From Lama glama (Eukaryota): 64,000 nucleotides of DNA. The notes beneath the pieces are model-generated. The model did not search any database, had not been told where the DNA came from, and saw nothing but the letters and a program-made list of their open reading frames with translations. A program made the translations under genes and the position numbers. The first letter of the stretch is position 1. Each line of letters opens with the position of its first letter. The DNA is taken from contig CM052841.1 of NCBI GenBank assembly GCA_028534125.1, positions 66,898,001 to 66,962,000 of the forward strand, in the 5' to 3' direction. Shown one piece after another: positions 39,550 through 49,464 of the stretch.

Positions 39550-40130
39550 TTAGGGTCATCTTAATAGGTGCTGACAATGCAGCAGATCCAAGCCAGCGCC
39601 CACTGCTGCTTGAAGAGAAACGGAGAGAAACTTGCCCGCCGGTGGAAGGGTGCTTGACCGCCATCCGCAGCAGGCATCCTGCGCGCGGGGAAGCACAGGA
39701 GGCGCTCGCAGGAGCAAGGAGATCCGTGCACCCCGCACGACCGCGTCCCCGCGGCCGGGGAGGCCCGGCGAGCCCGCAGGCAGAGACGGAAGTCAAAGAT
39801 GCAAATGTTGAACCAGAAGAGGCTGCACTGTGGCTACTCACTGACATCGTAAAATTCCACGCAGCAAATTCAAGCAAAACCAATGAAGATTTATTAGGAC
39901 AATTTCAAGTTCAGCAAGTTGGCCAGATACAGAGCAAACATTTAAAAAATCGGGTTTTGTGCCCATCTCTGCAGCCCAGGTAGATACGTGATGAAAACCT
40001 GATTCAATCTGAGGAGATGTACGAAGGGGCTTAACTGAACCCGTGACATTTATTTATTAGGCAAAAATAAAGCAAACATGGCACACGGAAGATCTGTGTG
40101 GTGGACACATGAGTGTGTGTGACACCATTC
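39550..40130 (+). mobile_element. Old LINE-1 ORF2 fragment
   Basis: atcttaataggtgctgacaatgc, ttcagcaagttggccagatacagagcaaacat resemble the L1 ORF2 RT region. Confidence 0.55.
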
Positions 40131-40199
40131 TCTGTTTTTCCCACATTTGAACTAAGTCATAACACAACAGACAGCAACGTCATTCTACGCTGATTTTTA

Positions 40200-41640
40200 T
40201 CTCCCCCCTCATTTCTTCTGTCCCCTGTCCTCCTCTTTCTTGGGTTAGGATTCTTGTTTTGTCAGAATACGCCCTTGAGTAATCCTTTCAGAAAGGGAGG
40301 TGGTGGCAGAATGTGGGAGTCCTCGCATGTTTGAATTTTTTAATTTTGCCCTGAATCCAGAATGCTGGCTTTGGGATGGTAGACTTAATAAGATCTCACA
40401 GAACTTTGGAGGAGAGCTCTGGGTCCCCTGGCGTCTTGTGACACTCTCAGGAAAACTGGTGACGGTCTAGAACATTCCTCCACAGGGAGCCTTCCTCCCT
40501 CCCTCCCTCTTCCTCCCACTTTGGCTCTCAAGCAGAAGAGCTCCTTCCTGGCGCACTCTCTTTGGGAGCATCTGAATCTTCGCTCAGTTTCTGGGGCTCT
40601 AAAACGGCCCATGTCGGCGGGCCTGTGTTCCTTTGCGCTGGGGCTGAAGGCGGGTGTCCTTCCCTCTTGCTCTGCGTCATGTGGCCCCTTTCCCCGCTCT
40701 GTCCTTGCTGCTGCACTTGGGGATGCCCGCTAGCCGGCCGTGGGGCGGCTGGAGCCAGCCCCCAGTTCCCTGCCTTCCCCCCCATTTCCATCCCCTTGCC
40801 CTTAAAGGGCAAATTCCCCCAACGGCACCCGGCCTGGCCTTCCAGCTCACCGATCTGCTCCTCAGCCATCCTCTCCCTGCTTTCAGCCCGTCTATTTTAA
40901 ATCTCCGAGCTCTCTAATTAGTTCTTTTATATCAGAGCCCATTCTTCCTGCATGACTACGATAACCCCTCAGATCTCCCTAAAGATAGTAACTGTATTCC
41001 TTTTAAAGTCTCTCTCTCTGCTGACGTGATCAATGCCGCTTCTCTGGGCATTGGAGTTCCTGCTCCTGAGATGATGGCTCTCTCACAGGGGTCTCTTCCT
41101 CACGCGCTTGGTCCTGCGGGCAGCATGCCTGTCTTGGCGCTGGGTTCCCTGGGCGTCCATCTGCCGCTGTGGCGTCGGCTCCCGAGGAGGATGAGGAGGT
41201 ACGTCTTGCCTCCAGCGAGGTGGGAGGGACTTGCTCCCTTGGATTGGGGGGTCCCCTGTATTTCACTGGGGACAGTGGTTCCCCGATCTCTGTCCTGCAG
41301 GGTGCACTGTCTGCTGCATGCCACCCGGGGAAGGAGCGACTGGCCCCATGGCTGGTCCCCAGGCTCAGGGGACCACGCTGACCGTCGCCCTATCCCACTG
41401 GAGCCTTATCTCCGTGGCCCTGGATGTGAGGCACCAGGCCACCCCTGCCGCCCTCCCCAAGCACCTTTCGGGGTGCGGTTTTCTCTGATTTTGTTCTTTG
41501 CGTCTTTCTTCTACTTCTACAGAATGTTGATCCCCTGAAAAGACTCCTTTTCATTTTTTTAAAAACCAATTCAGTTATCAATTTTTTTCTTTTAAAACTG
41601 TGCCTTTCTCACACTTGATTTTTGGCAGGGAGAATGCATG
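40200..41640 (-). mobile_element. Degenerate LINE-1 5'/ORF1-like region
   Basis: T-rich antisense L1-like phrases (tccagctcaccgatctgctcctcagc, ttttaaatctccgagctct); boundaries uncertain. Confidence 0.45.
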
Positions 41641-42100
41641 GTTTCACATTCGACTGAAGTCTCATAATGTTGTTAAACAACCTGAAGGGCCTGTTGGCCC
41701 CGGGCACCCAGCGGCCTCCCTCCAGGGCAGGTGAGGTGTCCCCAGCCCGAGCCCCAGGTGCCGGCTGCCAGGGCGCAGAGGCTACCTCTTCATCGTGGAT
41801 GATGTTTTCAGACTGAGACTGAAATGTGGGTCTGCCTGACACCGTGAGACCCTACAGCAGAAAGTAATCGCAGTGCCGAAACTGCAAAAGCCATTCGTGC
41901 CTTCCAGCCCCTCTCTCTGAGCGAGGGCTGGCAACAGCCACTCCCCAGCGGGGACGCCAGCTTGCCCTGAGTTCCCCTTTGCCCTCAGCGTGCCGTCCTG
42001 AAGTGCCCGCTTGTCCAGGTGTGAGGATGGTGGTCCCTGTTTTGGTTTAGCAGGCCCCCCTCTGTGCCAAGTCGATGTCAGTGGCCAGAGGGGCGCTCAG

Positions 42101-42600
42101 NNNNNNNNNNNNNNNNNNNNNNNNNNNNNNNNNNNNNNNNNNNNNNNNNNNNNNNNNNNNNNNNNNNNNNNNNNNNNNNNNNNNNNNNNNNNNNNNNNNN
42201 NNNNNNNNNNNNNNNNNNNNNNNNNNNNNNNNNNNNNNNNNNNNNNNNNNNNNNNNNNNNNNNNNNNNNNNNNNNNNNNNNNNNNNNNNNNNNNNNNNNN
42301 NNNNNNNNNNNNNNNNNNNNNNNNNNNNNNNNNNNNNNNNNNNNNNNNNNNNNNNNNNNNNNNNNNNNNNNNNNNNNNNNNNNNNNNNNNNNNNNNNNNN
42401 NNNNNNNNNNNNNNNNNNNNNNNNNNNNNNNNNNNNNNNNNNNNNNNNNNNNNNNNNNNNNNNNNNNNNNNNNNNNNNNNNNNNNNNNNNNNNNNNNNNN
42501 NNNNNNNNNNNNNNNNNNNNNNNNNNNNNNNNNNNNNNNNNNNNNNNNNNNNNNNNNNNNNNNNNNNNNNNNNNNNNNNNNNNNNNNNNNNNNNNNNNNN
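42101..42600. other. N gap (500 nt) upstream of the DBH promoter
   Basis: Run of exactly 500 N, probably a placeholder size. Confidence 0.99.
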
Positions 42601-43069
42601 CCCTGTGCCACCCATCCCCACCCCCTGCAGTGCACCCACTCCTTCTAGAGCAGCTGTGGCACCAGCTGGAGCCCATGGGGAATAGAGAGGAGACAAAAGT
42701 GGGAACAGCAGGCCATGGAGAGAGTGTCTAAACACAGGGACTATTTGGGGATCGGCTTTTATTTTTAGTTTGAAGTTGGTCCACCCTCCAGCATTATAGA
42801 TATGGCTCCCTGGGCGCACAGTGCTGAGGTTTCTCTACTTACTGGTCACCTTGGAAACAACCCCTTGGGGCCTCAGTCTGCCCATCCGCAGATGGGGCGG
42901 CATGGGCCCAACCTGTCTGCCGCGCGGAGGACAAGCCCACACAGCCCCCCGGGCCCGCCGGACGCCCGGCGGAGAGCGTCTGGAAGGCCTCCAGGCTGCA
43001 GGCAGGAGGGCCTTTGCCGACAACTCTCAGAGACGGCTCAGAGGGGATGCAGCAGCCAGTCCCCTCCAA

Positions 43070-43276
43070 TTGCCACTGACGATGTCCAGGTGTCATTAGC
43101 GCCAGTTAGGAGAAGCGAGGGCAGCAAAGCGTTTCCCCGGGGCAGGGCTGCTGGGAGGGCCATCAGGACAATTGAATTCCCCACCAGACAAATGTGATTA
43201 CCGGCAGGGGGGGCTTGCCCCCCACCCGGGGAGCCAGGACATAAACAGCAGGTGGGGCGGCCGGGCTCACCCAGCC
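43070..43276 (+). promoter_or_regulatory. DBH: DBH proximal promoter with Phox2-responsive-site-like elements and TATA-like box
   Basis: TGTCATTAG (43091-43099, PRS1-like), CAATTGAATTCC (43169-43180, PRS3-like), AGACAAATGTGATTACC (43186-43202, PRS2-like), CATAAA (43240-43245). Order matches the human DBH promoter as recalled. Confidence 0.85.
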
Positions 43277-43594
43277 ATGCAGGTCCCCAGCCCCAGCACG
43301 CGTGAGGCCGCCTCCATGTACGGCACGGCGGTGGCCGTCTTCCTGGTCATCCTGGTGGCCGCCCTGCAGGGCTCGGCACCACCCAAGAGCCCTTTCCCCT
43401 ACCGAATCCCTCTGGACCCCGAGGGGACCCTGGAGCTGTCCTGGAACGTCAGCTACACGCAGGAGACCGTCTACTTCCAGCTCCTAGTGCGAGAGCTCAA
43501 GGCTGGGGTTCTCTTTGGAATGTCAGACCGCGGCGAGATGGAGAATGCCGACCTGGTCGTGCTCTGGACCGACGGGGACAGCGCCTACTTCGGG
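43277..43594 (+). CDS. DBH: Dopamine beta-hydroxylase exon 1 (signal anchor, start of DOMON domain)
   Basis: gccATG; MQVPSPSTREAASMYGTAVAVFLVILVAALQGSAPP...LELSWNVSY...GMSDRGEMENADLVVLWTDGDSAYFG; donor GGG|gtaagt; 318 nt. Confidence 0.97.
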
Positions 43595-45022
43595 GTAAGT
43601 CCTTCCCCGGCCCCAGCGCCCTGACCTTGCCCCTTTGTCTACCCTCTCTCTCCTTAACCGGGAAAAGGGAGCTGCTCTCCCGCCTCTCTGTTCGCATCCA
43701 CTCTGAGCATCCCTCGTGTCCCAAGCGTGGGGGTCTCGGGGATGCTGATGCGAGGACAAAATGGGAAATGGATGTCTCCCGTGGCCCTTCCGTGCCCGCA
43801 CACCCCAGACGACAGAGCCAGACAGCCCAAGGAGCACAGCCGCACGTGAAGGACACACGTGCCACAGAAACGCATGCTCTCCTCTGCCCCACGCGCGTGA
43901 GGACAGACCCCACGGCCCCACTCGTACAGACAACACCTGGAGGTCACACGGGGCCAAGCGCAGTGCCCAGCGTGCACGCCCACCGCCCAGGACGCAGCGT
44001 CTCGGCCCGGTGCTGGCGCGCGTGGTGACCTGAGCAGGGCAGGCGCCCCACCCCCACCCCCACCCGGCCGAGGAGCCAGCCTGCAGGGCCGAGCCGCACC
44101 GCCGAGGACGCGCTCTTCACCCCACGCCTCAAATTCACCCCCATTCTTGCCAGAAAGGGTGGAGAAGGGGGGAGTTCTCCCTTCAAACTAGAGGGGCTTG
44201 GGGGCCTTCAGGAAGCTGAAGGGAGGCCCCCTGGGAGGCAGGGGCCCAGCCACCCCTCCCCAGCCACCTTCCTCCACACGGCTCCTCTCCCATGGAAACA
44301 GACACAGAAGGGTTAAAACACATTTTCAGTCCGGAGGCACTGGATCTGTGAGCAGAGAGGCTCCACTCCAGTTCAGTGTGGGACCCAGCAGGGGCGCCAG
44401 AGTCAGGACAGGCCCCCAGGCCCCACTGCAAAATGGGGACAGTCCTCCCTCTCCACCTTCTTGGGCGGTGTGAGTTCACACGATCTGGTTCCAGCTGATC
44501 TTTCTGGAACCTGACCATGCTTCGTCCAATTCCCACAGCCGTTCAACAGGCCGGAGCTTCCCGCTTCGCAGCTGGGCAGGAGGCCGGGTGAGCTGCCTGG
44601 TCAGGGCCCCGCGCTGGCCCCTGGAGGCAGTGCCTCCCACACAAGGATGCTCAGCACTTACGGGTCACGGCCAAGGAAGTCCTGGGCAGCCTGGTTCCGA
44701 GCCGGTCCCAGAGCAGCAGCCCAGCCCCCGGGATTAGCTTTTCCTGGCTGCCAAGAGAGCTGGGGTGACTTCGCCCTCCCGCACACGGCTGGATTAATTT
44801 GCACAACAAATTCCTATGCAAACAAATGTCAGACTTGTTTTTCCATCCTAAGCAATATGTTCAACATATACACTCTAGACTTCCAGCTGAAAAATCACAA
44901 GTTGACTTTCTGCTTCTGTTTAAAACGAGTCCTGCAAAATCTGCAAGGTCCCTCAGCGCCAGCTTCATGCTGCTGCTCTTCTCTGGGGAGGACTTTGCAA
45001 AACTGTTTGCAGGTCCCTCGAT

Positions 45023-45094
45023 CCCTTCCTCCCTCCCTCCCTTCCTTCCTCCCTTCCTTCCTCCCTTCCTTCCTCTCTCTCTCTCTCTCTCTCT
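45023..45094. repeat. (CCTT)n/(CT)n polypyrimidine tract
   Basis: cccttcctccctccctcccttccttcc...tctctctctc. Confidence 0.95.
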
Positions 45095-45906
45095 AGTTCC
45101 TTCTTCCTCAAGGAAGTGGAGAAAACAGGCTTTAGCCCTGAATGCAGGGTTTAAAAAAATCTTCAGGCCAAGGACTGGTGGTCCCGTGTTGTTCCCAAAC
45201 CCAAACAAAGGCCTGCTTGTCAGGGAGAGATCACAGCCCCTTGCCAGGTGGATGTCTGTCCCTTGCGCTGGCCTGGAGCCCCTGGGTGGCTGAGCCTGAG
45301 AGTCGGGGTGTGCAGGCAGCCCTGGGGAGAGTGGAGGGCAGGGGTCGGGCCAGAGCCGCCACTCTCGAGCATTCTGGGGAAACACAGGAGTTCTGTTGCC
45401 CCCGAGCCTCAGTTTACTCTCTTCAAGCAAGACTAGGACCAGGGCGAGGTGAGCAAGATGCCCAGGGCGCAGTGTTTCAGGCAGGCTCCCTCTCGGGGGC
45501 AAGCACGTGTGGGGGTCCCTGAAACCCTGTCCCCAGCCTCTCCCTCCCGCCGCCCCGCGTCTCCCATTTCCGGGGCTCCATGCGCGGTCACGGCCCCTCC
45601 CTCCACACACCAAAGAAGCAGATCACATTCCGAATTATGGCATCTTCCTTGCAACACAGCTTCTTGGGTCCCACCCAGAGGTCTGGGGACCTGCGTGGCT
45701 ACCCAGCTCCGGTGAGTCCCAACCTGCATTTGAGGCCATGTGTCAAGGCCGCAGAGAAAGAGTGTGGGGTTGGAGGTCAACTTCACTGTCTGAGGCAGAC
45801 ACTGAACACGGGCGTGAGCCCCACCCTGGGCAGAGCCCCGGGGCCCCCAGGGCGGCCAGCCCCGAGCTCCAGCGTTCTAGCTCTGGACCCGAACTCGTTT
45901 CTGCAG

Positions 45907-46053
45907 GACGCCTGGAGTGACCAGAAGGGGCAGGTCCACCTGGATTCCCAGCAGGACTACCAGCTGCTGAGGGCACAGAGGACCCCAGAAGGCCTGTCCC
46001 TGCTCTTCAAGAGGCCTTTTGGCACCTGTGACCCCGAGGATTACGTCATTGAG
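45907..46053 (+). CDS. DBH: DBH exon 2
   Basis: ctgcag|GAC; DAWSDQKGQVHLDSQQDYQLLRAQRTPEGLSLLFKRPFGTCDPEDYVIE; GAG|gtgggt; 147 nt. Confidence 0.97.
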
Positions 46054-46974
46054 GTGGGTGGCAGTTCGCGCCCAAGAGACTATGGGCTGCATGGATCTCT
46101 CTCACATCCTGGGGTCGCGTCCTTGGGGCGGCCGTGCACAGAGAGAAGGGACTCCGGGGGCAGCTGGGCAGGGGACAAAGCAGTTTGGAAGAAGCCAGCT
46201 CCACCACTGGCCTCTGATCCTACAGGAAGCAGCTGTTGGGTGACACAGAACCGACCTGTTTCTAGATGTGGGTCTCGTCCCAAAGCCTCTCAGACGGGGA
46301 ACTGAGTGGTCTTGCGCCTGACACGGTCTCTCCTGCTCCATCCTCTTCAGTGGAATTCTGGGAAGAGCCCAGGAGACCTGGTTTCCCAGCCTGGCCCTGT
46401 GGCCAGCAGGCTGTGAGGCTCAGGGCAGGTCCCCTCCTCCTCCCGGCCTCGGTTTACCTGTCTGTAAAGGGAGGAAGGGAGCTAGGCGCTCTGTCAGTCT
46501 TGACCTGCTCTGAGTAGCCTCAGCCGATCTAAGAACCCATAGGCTTCTCATGCGGCTCCGAGACCCTTCAGGGAAACAGTTTTCTCTTGAAGACAAAATC
46601 CTTTTACTTTTTCAGTGCACTTTGACACCCATCGTCCTGTGTAACCCTTACCGTGTGGCAGTGGCACGGGCTGGTGGTGTGCCCGACGAGGAAACTGAGG
46701 CCAGGGAGGGGAAGGATCTGCCCAGAGATCCGTGGCGCAGTGGGGCAGACTTGGAGCCAGAGGGGGTGTCCTTCCAGAAGGTCATCTGCGTCCTCATGCT
46801 CTAGATCACCTTCCCCGTGGTCAAGGCAAGGGCAGGCAGAGGACCCTCTCCTGGAACTTAGCAGGGCGTCTGGTACCCACCTGTGCACAGCTCAGAGCCT
46901 CCAGGCTGGGTGTGCGGGAGCCTCCTGCCTGGAGCTCCAAGACACCTGTGCAGAGAACAGCCCTGTCCCCACTG

Positions 46975-47070
46975 GCGCTGGTCCCAGGTGGGCCAACCGG
47001 CCTGGTCCCCAGTGATCCAGTTGGCCTGATCCCCAGTGGTCCAGCCGGCCTGGTTCCCAAGGGTCCAGTG
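46975..47070. repeat. 24-bp minisatellite, 4 copies (DBH intron 2)
   Basis: Units like ggcctggtccccagtgatccagtt / ggcctgatccccagtggtccagcc start at 46975, 46999, 47023, 47047. Confidence 0.85.
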
Positions 47071-47353
47071 ATGGTTAGCTGGATGGATGCCAAGCAAATG
47101 CAGGTAGAAAACATTTAGAAAGACAAAATATATAAATGTCTGATGGAAACCAGGAGCTCTGGGGATGGCCGGCCCCGGATTTAGCCCCTACCGGATCTAC
47201 CCTGAGCCTCAAAGCTCCCCTCCTTCACAGAGATGAGAACCAGGCATGGCGCCTGTCGGGCGAGGGGGCAGGGACCTGGCAGCCCCCCCCAGCTACCGGG
47301 AGTCGACTCTGGGGGATGTGAGTGGGCAAGTGCCGGGCCTGTGTCCGTTGCAG

Positions 47354-47611
47354 GACGGCACCGTCCACCTGGTGTATGGGATCCTGGAGGAGCCGTTGCG
47401 GGCGCTGGAGACCATCAACACCTCAGGCCTGCAGACGGGGCTGCAGAGGGTGCAGCTGCTGAAGCCCAACATCTCCATCCCGGCCCTGCCCGCGGACGTG
47501 CGCACCATGGAGATCCGCGCCCCGGATGTCCTGATCCCGGGCCAGGTGACCACGTACTGGTGCCACATCACCGAGCTCCCGGAGGGCTTCTCCCGGCACC
47601 ACATCGTCATG
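47354..47611 (+). CDS. DBH: DBH exon 3
   Basis: ttgcag|GAC; DGTVHLVYGILEEP...TTYWCHITELPEGFSRHHIVM; ATG|gtacgt; 258 nt. Confidence 0.97.
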
Positions 47612-47969
47612 GTACGTGGGCAGGGCCGGGGTGCGGGGAGAGGCGGCCTCCAGGCCCAGGCCCCCTTCCCAGCTCTGCTCCCGCCTGGGGCCTCAGAGGC
47701 CTGCAGAGAGGCGGTCTGGCCTGGAGAGCTGTCCGTGGTCCTGCTTGGACCAGGTGACCCCTACTGCCTGAACCCCAGGCAAGGTCTGAACTTCCTGCAG
47801 CCACCAGTGTGCTCTGGTCCCCGGTCACCCTGCGCACTCCCACCTTCCCAGCCTGGACCAAAGGCAACTGACGTCTTGATTTTTGCATCTTCCCCTGGGA
47901 CTGGAATGGCTGTCTCTCTGTTTGTCTGTCTGTCAGGCCCCACCCGGAGGTGTAACAGAAATGACAGTA

Positions 47970-48150
47970 GCTGTTGAATGTCCACTGTTTGCCTGGCCCT
48001 GGGAGAAGGGAGGGGGGTTACCTCCTCCATCACCACAATAGTACAAACACAGTAGTGAGTATTGTCACCCTTATTCCCAGTAGAGGAAGTGCAGCCCAGA
48101 GAGGTTGTGTGAGTTCCCAAAGTCACACAGCAGGAAGTGGTGGGCCTGAC
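47970..48150 (-). mobile_element. MIR SINE (further fragments near 13.0, 14.1, 15.4, 26.2, 28.05, 31.2, 46.7, 49.85, 54.5 and 59.55 kb)
   Basis: Recurring core variants of gaggaaactgaggcccagagagg...cttgcccaaggtcacacag. Confidence 0.6.
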
Positions 48151-48521
48151 TCACAACTGCACCTGTCCCCCTGGTGCAGTCTTAGCCTTGGGCAGCCTCC
48201 CTGTCCTTGTCCAGCCACTGCACCTCCCCACAAGGACGGCTGCCTCCCTGTCCCCACATTTTGGGAAATGGCCGGCCTGGATCCCCATGCCCTTTGCCTT
48301 GGAGCTCATCAAGGTTCTGCCTCTTACCAGTAGTGGTTCCACCCTCAAAGCCCCGAGCCCCAGAAGCACCCCTGGAAATCACCGGCTTAACCCTCCCATT
48401 CTACAGAGTGGCAAGCAGAGGCCCATGAAGGGGAGCCACTGGGCCAGAGCCAGGCCAGGAAGGGTGAGCGGATGGGTGGATGTGGGTCTGCTGCCCCGAC
48501 TCAGTACCCCACCCCCCACAG

Positions 48522-48698
48522 TACGAGCCCATCGTCACCGAGGGCAACGAGGCCCTGGTGCACCACATGGAAGTCTTCCAGTGCGCTGCCGAGTTCCAGA
48601 GCTTCCCCCAGTTCAGCGGGCCCTGCGACTCCAAGATGAAGCCCGAGCGTCTCAACTACTGCAGACACGTGCTGGCCGCCTGGGCCCTGGGCGCCAAG
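48522..48698 (+). CDS. DBH: DBH exon 4 (CuH His-His ligands)
   Basis: cacag|TAC; YEPIVTEGNEALVHHMEVFQC...CRHVLAAWALGAK; AAG|gtgcgt; 177 nt. Confidence 0.97.
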
Positions 48699-49361
48699 GT
48701 GCGTGCGTGCCCGGTGGCGCCCGGCTCGAGGGCCTCCTATGGGAGGTACTGGCGGGAGCCCATGAGGCCCTCCCTGGACCTGCACCACTGGGGTGCTCCG
48801 ATCCCCGGTCACCCTGCCTGCTCCCCACCTTCCCAGCCTGTGCACAGTCGAAGTCCTGTGGCTCTTCTGAGCCACGAATGCGCCCTCCAGCCTCTGGGAC
48901 TTCCCTGTCAAAATGCGAAAGCCTCGCATGCTGGTGGTCCTCATGGGCGCAGATCCTGTGTCCCCCTAGACTTGGAGAGGTTTCTGCATGGGGGCCCCAG
49001 GGCTGGCTGGTGGCAGGGCTGGTTCTTGCGGCCTCCACGGACTGCGTCCAGGGTCTGCCATCGCTTCCTCTACTAGCCCGGAGGAGGGGCGTGGGCGGTG
49101 GGCTGGCCTCGGGGCACAAGCTCGCCCAATTCCCTGACCCTGACTCTAATAAAGGCGTCGTGCCGCTGGGAGTGACTGCGCGTCAGTAGGAGCGCATCAC
49201 TCTGATCCAGCTGCCCCGCCTACGTCACCCGCTGTAGCTCAGGCTCTGCGCTTGGCGGGCTCGCCTTGACCCCCTCCTGGGGCCCCTCTTGGGTAACCCC
49301 AGTCCGCCTGCCTGGGCTGTGGCACCTGGACACCTGGCCCCCTTCCTGCCCGCTCCCGCAG

Positions 49362-49464
49362 GCCTTCTACTACCCGGAGGAAGCTGGCCTTGCGTTCGGG
49401 GGCCCCGGGTCCTCCAGATTTCTCCGCCTGGAAGTTCACTACCACAACCCGCTGAAGATAAAAG
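49362..49464 (+). CDS. DBH: DBH exon 5 (third CuH His)
   Basis: ccgcag|GCC; AFYYPEEAGLAFGGPGSSRFLRLEVHYHNPLKIK; AAG|gtagga; 103 nt. Confidence 0.97.

Noticed and set aside
42011-42819. Long ORFs across the 500-N gap
   Set aside because: Artefact of translating N as X.
43172-43276. N-terminal extension of DBH from an upstream non-ATG start
   Set aside because: Lies upstream of the TATA-like box, within the promoter.
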